From Octopus sinensis (Eukaryota): a stretch of 64,000 nt of DNA. How positions within the stretch are numbered: position 1 is the stretch's first letter; each line of letters begins with the position of its first letter. Made by a program: the position numbers and the translations under genes. The DNA lies in the NCBI RefSeq assembly GCF_006345805.1, contig NC_043006.1, positions 96,348,001 to 96,412,000 on the forward strand, read 5' to 3'. The notes beneath the pieces were generated by a model. That model was not told where the DNA came from, did not search any database, and saw only the letters and a program-made list of their open reading frames with translations. Below are positions 51,046 to 64,000 of this stretch, piece after piece.

Positions 51046-51309
51046 AAGGAAAGAGAAAAAGAGGGTAAGGTGTAGTGAGAGACAGAAAGGGGGAGAAAGA
51101 AAAAGAGCAAGAGAGAGAAGTGTTCATGACGTGAGGTAGGGGAACGTAATAGTTATTACGTGGTCAAAAAAGTTAATTAAATGTAGAAGAGGAGAGTTAA
51201 AAGTATAATTTTAGCAGAGGGCGATGTTCTGATGGTGAGTTTAAAGAAAGTCACCGAGAGAAGGGAGAGAAAGAGAGGGGGAAGAGAGACAAGAGAGAGA
51301 GAGGGGTGA

Positions 51310-51485
51310 GAGATGATGATGGCAATGGTGGTGGTGGTGGTAATGGTGGTGGTGGTGATGGTGGTGGTGGTGGTGGTGATGGAGGTGGTGGTGGTGGTGG
51401 TAGTGGTGGTGGTGGTGGTGATGGTGGTGGTGGTGGTGGTGATGGTGGTGGTGGTGGCGGTGGCGGCGGCGGCGGCGGCGGTGAC
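51310..51485. repeat. (GGT)n/(GGC)n microsatellite
   Basis: Direct reading. Confidence 0.95.
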
Positions 51486-51724
51486 TGGATAGTAAAATGT
51501 GTATTTCTTTTATAATTGAACTAAGTTTATTATATCTCCTATCACTTAACGCATGCGCATAAGGAAACTCTAAAATATAAATTTTTCTGTATGGAAGAAA
51601 TGGAAAAATAAGAGTGGATATTTATTTTAAGTCTATAAAATTGTGCATAAAGAGTATAGAGTGTATATATAAAGTGCATTCAATAACCACCGTATTCCAA
51701 TTTCCTTCACTTTTCAATATCCAC

Positions 51725-52000
51725 TTGTGAGTGGATTTGGTAGACAGAAACTGAAAGAAGCCTGTCGTATATGTATATATATATATGTGTGTGTGTATAT
51801 ATGTTTGTGTGTCTGTGTTTGTCCCTCTAGCATTGCTTGACAACCGATGCTGGTGTGTTTACGTCCCCGTCACTTAGCGGTTCGACAAAATAGAACGATA
51901 GAATAAGTACTGGGCTTACAAAGAATAAGTCCCGGGGTCGATTTGATCGACCAAAGGCGGTGCTCCAGCATGGCCGCAGTCAAATGACTGAAACAAGTAA
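51725..52000 (+). mobile_element. 5'-truncated SINE family A copy
   Basis: Begins at CTTGTGAGTGGATTTGG; intact 3' half. Confidence 0.85.
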
Positions 52001-53732
52001 AAAAAAAAAAAAGATATCCCAATAGGTTTACCATTAATTCCGTGAAATATTCACGGGACCCGCTTCTGTGTGTGTGTATGTGCATGTGCGTGTGTGTGTC
52101 TGTCTGTATGTATGTATGTATGTAGATATGAATCAACTGCTCACACACACATACAATACACATATACAGATATATACATGCATATATTCGTGTATAAATG
52201 TCTTCAATTCTCTCTGAATTACGTTGTCATGTGAAAACAGTTGAGTAAATTCCATGGGCAATAACTCTGCAAATATTAATACATTCTCTCCCCTTAGTCC
52301 GTATAAAATCACGCAGCACTTTTAAGGGAGGTAACTATGACTTTACTTGTGTTAATATAATTCTCACGCCTGAAATACGCGCACGCACACACACACACAT
52401 ACACACATTAACACACACACACACACACATAAGCGCGTGCACACATACACACATGTGTTCCCACGAGCCCGCACGAAGCAACAGAATATTTCCTTTACTA
52501 AAATATTATCTCCAAATGAGCGAGCAAAAGAAGGCGCCTCTACGCGGTCGCTTGACCTCTGCGTTTTGACCTAGTCCCCCAAAACGCAATAACATTATAT
52601 CTTCTTTAGAAAGGGAAGCCACATTTGATGATGTATATCTAAAATCTATGAGGCGGATTGGGTGCTGATGAAACGTCTTTGATCGTAGATGACCACTATC
52701 AGGGTTTCCTTGTAGAGTGTTTTTTACAACAAATTCTATCAAATTTTCCCTTTCTGTTGTGTTTCACGCAAACAAAATTCACACTAGACACTACAGCCAA
52801 TTTACCAGTTATTCTTTTCTTATCCATGTGTTTCTTTCCCCGCCCACCACATATACTTGAGTCTAGAGAAGATCAAAATAACCCACCCTTCATCACCTAT
52901 AGTAGAAAGGACTATTACACAAACGTATAACGTATCAAGCTGGCAGAATCGTTAGCGCATAATCCTTAGCAACATTCTTCCAATTCTTTAATTCCTGAGT
53001 TCAAGTTCAATCGAAGTCAATTTTGCCTGTCATTCTTTCATGGGCAATCAAACAAACACCAACCAAGCAGAGGGGTTGATGTATCGAGTAACAACCTATC
53101 CTAAGAAATGCTGGCGTTGCGCCAAAATTTAGAATTATTATTACACAAACATATATTTCGCTGTACACTGATTTTCAGACAAAAATCTGCCTTCAAACGT
53201 GATGATCTTGCATGGAAATAAGGGCTTTGCGCATACCCTTTTAACAGGTTTCCATGGTTTGGTGAGATAAATGAAATCAGTGTCCATGCTGACGAGCATC
53301 AAGATGAGAGCTGCATGAAGAAAGTGTACAGGGAGAGAAATGAGGACCAAAATACTTATTTTTCGCGGGAGTAAGGCCTGGACGTAATGGCTTGCACGGG
53401 AATGCGAGGACAGGACACAGCATGGGGACGAAAGTGAGCGGAGAACGAGTGAGTCAGCAATGCCCAAGTGAAGGGATTTCAAGACTAGCCAGCTCTAATG
53501 AACAGATGCTATTCTAGTAAGAGTAGAAAAGTCATAGAGACGATGCAGTTGATCAGAGAGAACAGAGGTTGGAGTATTCGCGGCTGTCTGTCTTGTGGTC
53601 TTTCTTTCGATACGGTTTAAGATGTCTCTACATCGGTATCACTGTTTAAATCTAAACATGATAGTACAGAAAATAAGACACAGATACAGTCATAGATGCA
53701 GATACTCACACTCAGATACGCAGTGTATACAG

Positions 53733-53734
<2 letters not shown>

Positions 53735-53764
<30 letters not shown>

Positions 53765-54082
53765 TGTATGTATGTAGTATGTATGTATGTATGTATGTAT
53801 GTATGTATGTATGTATGTGTGTGTGTATGTATGTGTGTATGTATGTATGTATGTATGTGTGTATGTATGTATGCATGTATGTATGTATGTATGTATGTAT
53901 GTATGTATGTATGTATGTATGTATGTATGTATGTATGTATGTGTGTGTGTATGTATGTGTGTGTGTATGTATGTGTGTGTATGTATGTATGTATGTGTGT
54001 ATGTATTTATGTATGTGTGTGTGTATGTATGTATGTATGTATGTGTGTATGTATGTATGTATATATGTATGTATGTATGTAT
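53735..54082. repeat. (TATG)n/(TG)n tract
   Basis: Direct reading. Confidence 0.95.
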
Positions 54083-54150
54083 TCAGGTCCTTCAGACGAT
54101 TTTAGAAGACTGTTGACAATGGAAGCCAATCAGAAATAGGAGAGAGAGAT

Positions 54151-54187
<37 letters not shown>

Positions 54188-54704
54188 GGGAGAGACTTAA
54201 CGAGAAAAATAAAAGAGAGTGTCGGTGAGAGAAAAAGAGAGTGTGGGAGAAGTCAGTGAGAGTAAATGAGAAGGAAAAGAGAGATTAAAAATGAGAAAGG
54301 AGGAGAAAGTGAATTCAATAGAACAAAAACATTAAAAAGAGTCAAAGGTTGATGAGTTGATGTCAGCCGTTCTATAAATGACTTTCACTCTCTAACATTA
54401 CATGACAGTTCCAAACCTAGGTATAAGCTGTTTTACTGACAAAACATCTTCTTTCTTATAAACATATGTTATAGCTTATTTCATAGAAAAGAACATAGGT
54501 CGAAGCTCCACACCCAATCCTACACAATACTGTTTGTTTAATTACTTATTTAGCTACGTACTTTTTTTTTTTTTTTTTGCATTGAGTAAATTCGAAATAG
54601 AGAAAAAAAGATGGCTACGCAGTCTGTGTCTGCCTGTCTGTCTGTCTGTCTGTCTGTATGTATGTATGTTTGTATGTATGTATGTAAGTATGTATGTATG
54701 TATA

Positions 54705-55142
54705 CTCTTTTACTCTTTTTACTCTTTTACTCTTTGTACTCTTTTACTTGTTTCAGTCATTTGACTGCGGCCATGCTGGAGCACCGCCTTTAGTCGAGCA
54801 AATCGACCCCGGGACTTATTCTTTGTAAGCCCAGTACTTATTCTATCGGTCTCTTTTGCCCAACCGCTAAGTGACGGAGACGTAAACACACCAGCATCGG
54901 TTGTCAAGCAATGCTAGGGGGACAAACACAGACACACAAACATATACACACACACTTATAGATAAATATACATATATACGACAGGCTTCTTTCAGTTTCC
55001 GTCTACCAAAACCACTCACAACGCATTGGTCGGCCCGGGGCTATAGCAGAAGACACTTGCCCAAGATGCCACGCAGTGGGACTGAACCCGGAACCATGTG
55101 GTTGGTTAGCAAGCTACTTACCACACAGCCTCTCCTGCGTCT
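54705..55142 (-). mobile_element. SINE family A copy
   Basis: Full-length match on minus. Confidence 0.88.
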
Positions 55143-55453
55143 ATGCATGCATGCATGTATGTATGTATGGATGGATGGATGGATGGATGGATGGATGGAT
55201 GGATGGATGGATGGATGGATGGATGGTGGATGGATGGATGGATGGATGGATGGGTGGATGGATGGTGGATTGGATGGATGGGTGGATGGATGGGTGGATT
55301 GGATGGATGGATAGATGGATGGATGGATGACGCCTCTTTGAGTTTAATTTAAGTGCTTCTTGAGAGAGTTCAAGCTGGTTGCTAACAAAGCGACAAGTCT
55401 TCTCGAGTTAAGAGAGTTCCCGGTGTTTGTAAATATGGCGGTGTTTGTAAGTT

Positions 55454-55687
55454 GGCGGTGAGCTGGCAGAAACGTTAGCACGCCGGGCGAAATGCGTAGC
55501 CGTATTTCGTCTGCCGTTATGTTCTGAGTTCAAATTCCGCCGAGGTCGACTTTGCCTTTCATCCTTTCGGGGTCGATAAATTAAGTACCAGTTACGCACT
55601 GGGGTCGAAATATAATCGACTTAATCCGTTTGTCTGTCCTTGTTTGTCCTCTCTGTGTTTAGCCCCTTGTGGGTAGTAAAGAAATAG
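55454..55687 (+). mobile_element. SINE family B copy with 16-bp TSD
   Basis: GGTGTTTGTAAATATG at 55422-55437 and 55687-55702. Confidence 0.88.
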
Positions 55688-56115
55688 GTGTTTGTAAATA
55701 TGTTGTTGAGTCGGTGTGTTTGTTGAACTGCCAATGCTTACACCAAAGTGAGTACATGTATTCACATAACAATCTCACGTGAAAAAAAATTTGGAATGCC
55801 TTAAAAATCTTCACTGTACCTCGAATAGGTTGGATTTGGAAAATCTGCGTTAATATATTTTGCCCCTTTTCCGTGAAATAGTGAATTTCTAATTTTTTGT
55901 GCAAATGTCTTTGGAAAAAATTTTAGGTACAAATGAGAATTCATAGTCAGGGTACAAAAGCTTCACGTTCCGCATTAAGTCGCCATAAATGTTCTCTTTT
56001 TCCTGGACTTTTGATTGTACAGTCACCTTCGCTGGGCAGATGTTAGTGTAGAATGTATGTATGTATGTATGTATGTGTATGTATGTATGTATGTATTTAT
56101 GTATGTATGTATGTG

Positions 56116-56146
<31 letters not shown>

Positions 56147-56964
56147 TGTCAGGTCGCTTTGGACGCTACTGGTAACATGTAACCCAATACAACCTGCTGC
56201 ATGGTCGGGTCTTCGGTGACTAAACTGGGAACCGTATGAAGCTTGCTTGGTGAGGAGGGTGGTCGTTGGACACCCAACAGGACGAAAAAGTAAGACCTGT
56301 CAAATGGCAGAAGAACTCGCGAGCAGTAAACGGCCATCCAACAATATGTGTACAGGTGCATGTATGCAGATACGTATGCGAATGGACGTGGATATACCTG
56401 GGTTGGAGTCCAGGTGCGCAGTTGGCTCACTGCGAGTGGGAGTCCTTTCTGACGTTGTCACAACATCTCTCTAGGAAAGTGAAACTTTGAGAGGAAACCT
56501 GCGACATTGACAATATTCGATGATGTAGACTAGTTCTTCTTTTCGAATTTATGCTGTCCATATTCAGAGAATGTGCAAATCCTTTCCCCACTATCAAAAA
56601 AAAAAAAATCATAGTGCACAGGCATCGCTTGAAAAAAATATGACCTGTCACAAAAAAATGGCTGGTCGTAGCCTTCGGATATGGGGACTTTCGATCAGGC
56701 GATAGCAATACTCGAACACGCGTTTGCAGCCATTATGTATGTATGAATGTATGAGTATGTGTGTACTTATGTATGTATGTATGTATGTATGTATGTATGT
56801 ATGTATGTATGTATGTATGTATGTATGTATGTATGTGTGTGTGTTTGTGTGTGCGTGCGCGTATGTGTGCGCGCGTATGTGTATGCGTACGTAGGTAGAT
56901 AGGTAGGTAGGTAGGTAGGTATGTAGGTGGGTGGGTAGGTACATACGTACGTACGTATGTATGT

Positions 56965-57090
56965 ACTGGGGATGACCTGGAGCTCCTGGTGGACTGCTTT
57001 TCGGGCGCGTATGACGAGTTTGGACTTACAATCCATCGTAAGAAGGACCGTAGTCATGCTACAACCTGCACCAGGAAGCCATATATCTCA
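56965..57090 (+). pseudogene. RTE reverse transcriptase fragment (second family)
   Basis: LELLVDCFSGAYDEFGLTIHRKK/TVVMLQPAPG, homologous to ALGLTVNLKKTVVMHQPAPG in the large RTE. Confidence 0.75.
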
Positions 57091-57269
57091 CCATAGTTAT
57101 ACGTCACTACTTCAGAGAGTTGGTTGGTGTCAGAAGCGAGGTGAGGTACTTAGTGATGACAAACATAGCAGACAGCGAGAGGAACGATGGCTGGCAGGCG
57201 TTTTGGCTACACATAAACATACACTTATCTAAAATCTCTTAAATGATTAAATTCTGTTTCTCATATATA

Positions 57270-57300
<31 letters not shown>

Positions 57301-57349
57301 CATACATGTATACATACATACATATATACTTGTATACATACATACATGT

Positions 57350-57381
<32 letters not shown>

Positions 57382-57392
57382 GTTATATATAT

Positions 57393-57454
<62 letters not shown>

Positions 57455-57512
57455 ATATATATATATATCTATATATATATATATATATATACATGTGTAT
57501 ATATATATATAT

Positions 57513-57547
<35 letters not shown>

Positions 57548-58012
57548 GTATACATGTATGTATGTATACAAGTATATATGTATGTATGTATATAGGTGTG
57601 TATATCATCGCAGGCCACCATTCAGTGCACCAATTGTTATCAATGACGTTTATGTCTGTTAATTCTTTCTATCGTTTTTATCTCAAGCCTAAAATAGTTT
57701 CACAGACGATGAGAGGAAAAGCTGACACTGATTTGGTTACATATATAGTATATACTTACATAAGCTCTCTTACATAAGTATATTGTGTTTATGTTTGTTT
57801 GTTTTTTTTCCTCTTTCATCACATGCCATACCAATCAATGCATCAATTGTTATCACTGCTGTTTGTGTCGATACTAATTCTTGTTATCTTGTCTACTCCA
57901 ATCCTAAAAAAGATGCTAGTATTTTACAAGTAACTTACTGACAATTTTTTTTTATCTGGTAAAATATAAATGTATATCGGAATACAAAAATGTGATCATG
58001 TTGTTGTTATTG

Positions 58013-58096
<84 letters not shown>

Positions 58097-58908
58097 TACT
58101 GATAATATCGCATCAGTTTACGTTAGAGATATCTTCATCGGTTTTGCTAGACAGATGGCTCTATAGTTCTCCAAATGTGTAACTAAAATCTTGGAAAGTT
58201 TTCTCAAAATATTTGCTTATAGCATCAGGTTTCTCTTCTGATTTGATCTCATTCACACATTATTAAACATATTTACTGCTGTTGTTGTCGTTGTTGTTGC
58301 TGCTGTTGTTGTTGTTGCTACTGCTGCTGTTGTTTTAGTTGTTTAGCTCTAGGCCTAACCTATTTGAGTACATTTATGATCAAAAGACTTCAGACCAAGA
58401 AAATCGCAGTTGTTGTTGTTTGTCTTTCATATCCACGACAATAATAATCATTTCTTCCTGTTTAAAAAAAATTAGTGGTGTGTAATTTGAGGGATGTTTG
58501 GTTGCTGTTTCTAGCATGCTGAATGACTGCATAGTAATCGTGATATCTGATCGGTCCAATAACTGTGTAAGGCAATTACTCAGGGTTCAGTTCCCGTTGT
58601 TACATGACGCATCTTGTGATCACTGGCGTTTCTAACGGACCCATCATTTCTACATAGTATTTTTTATGGACATAATCCTTTCTACTATAGGCACAAAGCT
58701 TGAAATTTTTTGAGAGGAGACCAGTCGATTAGATCGACCCCATTACACAACTAGTACTTAATTTATCGATCCCGAAAGGATGAAAGGTAAAGTCGGCCTC
58801 AATAGAACGTAGCGACCGGCGAAATACTGCTAAGCCTTTCGCCCTGCGTGCTAACAATTTCCTATGGAAATAATGACGAGAGGATGTCTATACAACTATA
58901 TATATATA

Positions 58909-59303
58909 CTAGCAGTATAGCCCAGCGTTGCTCGGGCTTGTTTCCTTTTCAACCCTTTACAATTGGAATTTTTGAAAAGCAAAAATGTTGCATTATGTAG
59001 CTTTAAGTGAACATTTTTCTGGTTGAAATACACCGAAAAAGGGCGACACAGCAGTCAAAGAAATCGTAAAAAATAGGGATTTTCATAGAAAAAAAGCACC
59101 TTTTTGATGTAAATAATTTTTGGTGTTAACATGGTCCGATCTGATTTTTTTCTTCTACAGAAGGAAGAGCAAGCCTTCTTCTATTATACCTTCAATTTTG
59201 GTCAACTTGCGCGGCAGGGTCTCGGAGGAGATAGTGTTAGTTGAAGGCTACCAAACTTGCCATACACAGACAACTTCAGCTTTATATATATATATATATA
59301 TGA
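58909..59303 (-). mobile_element. Non-autonomous Helitron H2, copy 2
   Basis: Colinear with 1128-1518; CTAG at 58909-58912. Confidence 0.78.
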
Positions 59304-59845
59304 TATGTATGTGTATGTAGTGAGAGAGAGAGAGAGACTATATACGCATACGTATGTGCATATATATGCACATGTGTATTGCTGAATACATAAACATGTC
59401 TATTTATGTTCATATATATCTATGAAACAACTATCCATTCATTCATGCATGCATACATACGAACGTACTTACGTACGCATCTGTCCATCAATCTGACCAT
59501 CCATCCGTCCGTCCGTCCATCCATCCATCCATACATGAATTTGCAACAATCTTCTACACAGCCCTTTGTCCCAATTTCACTTAGAAGTCATTCACAAACC
59601 GGCGTCTAGAATAGAAGACCCCTGTCGATGGTGCTGTAGAGCAAGACTGTTTTGGGAATCCCACGATTGCCAAATAAACTTTTAAACCAAGCAACTGTGA
59701 TGCCAGTGTCGAAGCTAAATATTTTGACTCACCATTTCAAGTTAACAAAATTATTATAATTTATGCACCTGACGCATTTAGCTCTTCCTGTCCTTAATAT
59801 TCCTTTATAGTTGAATGGACTGAGGCCGCTCGTTAATTAAGTGAT

Positions 59846-60235
59846 ATCTTTATATATAAAAGTGAGGTTGTGTGCTGTCTGTCTCCTACGATTTAGATTC
59901 CTAACTACTCCCACATTTTGCGGTGCAGTTTAACCAAAACCGGGTATCTTATAGTCGTGATTCATATCGAGCCCTTCTGGGTATTAGCGCGCGTCTACGA
60001 TGAGTCTACGATTTAAAAAAAAATTACCATCATTTTTTTCCATTTTAATGCATTTTTCGCTATTATATAAGGGAAGTAACTCTCTAAAAATGTCTACGAT
60101 GAATCAACGATTTAAAAAAAAAATTTACCATAATTTATTTTCCAATTTTAATGCATTTTTTGGCTATAACTCTCTAAAAATGCTTATATAGTTATTTCCC
60201 TTACAAACCCGAGCAACGCCGGGCGATACTGATAG
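59846..60235 (+). mobile_element. Non-autonomous Helitron H1, copy 2
   Basis: A|TC 5' end, hairpin CCCGAGCAACGCCGGG, 3' end mutated to ATAG|T. Confidence 0.85.
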
Positions 60236-60959
60236 TATTCTTTAAATCTGTTGCTTGTTTCAGTCATTGGACGGCGGCCACGTTGAAGCGTCGCCTTGGG
60301 GTGTTTAGTGAATCAAATAATCTAACGTACTTATTTTATCGATTTTTGGCCGGAATGCTAAGTTACGAAGACTTAAACTAAAAGTAGTTGTAAAAAAGGT
60401 GAGAGACAAGCACATACATCAAGACATACGTGCATACGTAGAATCCTGCATGCATACATACATACATGCATACATGCATACACACTTGCACTATTGCTTC
60501 GATTCGCCCAATGATTTGTACTTGAATTTGGCAGACGGAAACTGTGTCGAACCCTGTCTCCAAAACGCACACCCACATACACATACACACGTATACACAC
60601 ACATTCACTTGCACACACCACACACACACACACACATACGTATATACATGTATGTGTGTGTCTTTTGCATTTGTTCCCTCCCTACCACTTGACAAATAGT
60701 GTTCATTTGTTTACGGTTCAGTAAAACAGATCGATATAATAAGTATAAGGCACGAAAATAATTTATGTTGTTGAGTTGTTCGAATAAGGCTTTCAAAGTG
60801 GTGCCTATGATGGGTGCAGTACACTGAATGAAAGAAGTAAAATTTTAAAAAGGGTTAAAGGTAGCTAGGAATTTTTCACAAGGTCCCGTGGATTGGGACA
60901 TGATCCGGAACCACACGATTCTCAAGTGATATTCTAATAATATTACTAATATTTCCTTG

Positions 60960-61022
<63 letters not shown>

Positions 61023-62311
61023 CATACACACACACATACACACACACGGACACACACACACACACAAGCATATATATATATATATAGGTTATGAGAGGTA
61101 ATGGTGTCATTGAGACCCAAAAGTGTCAGGTAATGCTGAATAAGTGCTATAGATAGACCATAGTTAGGTTTCAGGTTCGGTGATTATGCGAATAAGGGAT
61201 TCAACGTTGGTCATATGTGAGCGTGTATATATAAATTTTGTTTTACGTAATGAGATTAAAAAAAACCAAGGCTGTGTAGATTTTAGAACATTCATAGATA
61301 GAAAGGTCTTACAGTTAAAATCTACACAGTCTTGGTTTTTCATCTCATTTCGAAAAAGAAATTAAATTTATATATATATATATGGTGTTAACAATATTTC
61401 TAAATTGCGTTATTATTCCAAAACCTTTCGGTTAATAATTTCTCAAGTGTGAGAGTTGAATGCGTTGCGGTGTATAATATAGTTCCTTAGATATTGGTTT
61501 CAAATTTTGGCACAATGCCAACAGTTTGTAGGGGTGGGCTAAGTCTATTAAATCAGCCCCAGTCCTCAAATGATACTTATTTTATCGACCCCGCAAATAT
61601 GAAAGGTGAAGTCGACCCAGGTAGAATTTGAACTCAGAAAGTAAGACGGACGAAATGCCGCTAAGCCTTTTTCCGGAATACCAACGGTTCTGCAGATCGT
61701 CGCCTTATGGTCCCTTTTGAATCGACTGTATCTGTCATTCACCCAGGGTCAATAAGATGAGCACCAAACGAGGAACAAGAGTTCATGCAAACACTTGTAC
61801 ATCCAAACAAATTTGAGAACGGAAACCAAAGGCTGTAAGCTATTACATTCACCTACACACTCACACACGCATACACACACACACTCATATGCACACACAC
61901 ACATACACAACACACACTCACATACACACACACACACTCACATACACACACACACACTCACATACATCACACAAATGTGCACATGTCGTACACCTATTGC
62001 CCTACCAAGTCTAACTTGCCAATGACACGAACAACTTGTTTTCTTTGTCTCCTTTCATTGATTCCAATTTCGATATAATTCTCTTTGATTTCTTTCGTTC
62101 AACATTTTCAATTGAAATATTCCATGGATTAATCGAGGATTAAGGTATTGAACAACGTTTATGTAATTCTAAAACTAAGTGAGTATGTGGGTACAAAGCC
62201 GCATATTGAAGCAAAGCAACACTGAGCAACCGGTTCCTTACACGTGAGACTGCTCTTTCTCGTTTCTCCCTTGTGAGTGTGTGTGTGTGTGTGGTGTGTG
62301 TGGATATATGT

Positions 62312-62357
<46 letters not shown>

Positions 62358-63343
62358 ACATGTGTGTGTGTGTGTGTGTGGTGTATGTGCATGTGCGTGT
62401 GTGTGTAAATCTTTACAAATGCAAACAAGTAGTAGTACTGAATAAATAAGTGAAGCTGGTAATGTACAGAGATTATAGGAAGACATATTTAAATACAGAC
62501 ACACATACACACATGCACACACACATACAACACAACACACACACACACACATACTTAACCGGTTTCACCTTTGATTTTCAAAAGTGTGTTTTGTGAAGTT
62601 CTGTTGCAAATTATCTTTTCTGGCCGTCGTTCGAAAAATTCTTAGGTATTAGAGAGAGAGAGAAGGAGGGAGAGAGGGGGAGAGAGAGAGATGGAGGGAG
62701 GGAGAAAGAGATTGAGAGAGACATAGAGAGAGTGTATGTGTGTGTATGTGTATGTGTATGTATGTGTATGTGTGTGTATGTGTATGTGTGTGTATGTGTA
62801 TGTGTGTGTATTTGTTACAATTTGTACGTACGGATAAGTGTATTTTTCTATGTAGCTACCACTACACTGCTTTTTTGCCGTTTTATTTCCCTGCTTCTTT
62901 CAACACCTGATTAAAAACTTTACCGCACCTTGTTTTCTTCTCCTTCTTTTTCGTTCTTTCTTTCTCCCGCTCATGCTTTCTTTTCTTTTTCCTTTTCGTT
63001 TCTCTTTCTCCCCTGCTCCATAATTTTCTTATTATTTTACCCCACTTTCATTTCCCTTCTCTTGTGCTTTCTGGAAGCCTCAACATCACTTTCTAACCTC
63101 CCCCTCCCCATTATTCTTCTTAACTTCTCTTACTTCCACTCTCTCTTCCCTATCTCTCCCATAATGCACTGCACCTGACTCTCCCTTCACCCGCATCTCA
63201 CATTTTCTTCTATCGTTTGCCATCTCAACTCTTGTTTTTTTTTTGACAAACCATAATTTTGATAAATTTAGACAAGAAAGTCTTGTGCATGTCCAAATTA
63301 CAGTCACGATCTAATGTTGTCTACCTTACAATTAGTGTTTCGT

Positions 63344-63430
<87 letters not shown>

Positions 63431-63433
63431 TTA

Positions 63434-63474
<41 letters not shown>

Positions 63475-63816
63475 CACTAAAACACAACTGAAAGTCACAG
63501 AGTAAACAAACAAAAAGTGTGATTTTAAAATGTCAACGGAATAGCAAGAAAGAAGAGAGAAGCGGTTTTGCAAATATGAATTCTCGGTGTCTGTTTCGAG
63601 TGCAAGAACATATAGAAATATAAACAAAACAAAGTGAGGGAGGGAGAAGGGAAACTTAAATAGAAGATGATTACATAGAAAGGATGAGAGAAATGGAAAG
63701 GGTCAGTTCATGCAAAAGAATCTTTGCCAGACGTTTCTAGCATGCATTGAAGCCTGATTCCATCTTAAGAGTTTTAAATTGTTATTGGTGAAAACAAAGA
63801 GTCGTTTTAGAAAACA

Positions 63817-64000
63817 CTAGCAGTATCGCCCGGCGTTGCTCGGGTTTGTAAGGGAAATAACTATATAAGCATTTTTAGAGATGTAAAGTATAATAGCCAT
63901 CTCAATATGGCTAAACACAAAGGGGGGTGTTACTGTAGCTTTTTACGATCTGAGATTTAATAATACATTTTTAGAGAGTTACTTCCCTTATATATAACCG
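63817..64000 (-). mobile_element. Helitron H1-related 3' end, running off the window
   Basis: CTAG at 63817-63820 followed by the reverse complement of the H1 hairpin and subterminal region. Confidence 0.8.

Noticed and set aside
52670-52695. CTGATGAAACGTC minimal hammerhead
   Set aside because: Core halves overlap, with no stem II and no stem I pairing
52506-52742. 78-aa minus-strand ORF in unique sequence as a host exon
   Set aside because: No recognisable domain or convincing splice-site pair
53280-53335. CTGACGA...GAAAGTGTA hammerhead candidate
   Set aside because: No stem II and only 2 bp of stem I; compatible with chance

Overview
AT-rich, microsatellite-saturated animal DNA. The repeat repertoire points to an octopus genome; that assignment is inference, not a database match. 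No host protein-coding gene can be supported, and almost all ORFs in the track are microsatellite read-throughs. Mobile DNA dominates: many tRNA-derived SINEs of two main families, a near full-length but inactivated RTE LINE (38296-41796, minus) with three C-terminal C2H2 fingers, a CR1-type fragment, DD37D and DD34D Tc1/mariner deletion derivatives, MITEs and non-autonomous Helitrons. The most striking signal is a set of Penelope-like (PLE) pieces from several unrelated sequence families. Most sit at (AT)n tracts, and each carries a type I hammerhead ribozyme motif with a short, usually palindromic stem III. Many form divergent fold-back palindromes (arms up to 349 bp). They include a G3-C8 core swap, a GGAA/CG core variant, stem II covariation between copies, a tRNA-headed unit behind a GIY-YIG ORF end, and a fragment that starts exactly at the predicted self-cleavage site. 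All structures were read by eye and none was computed; SINE boundaries are approximate.
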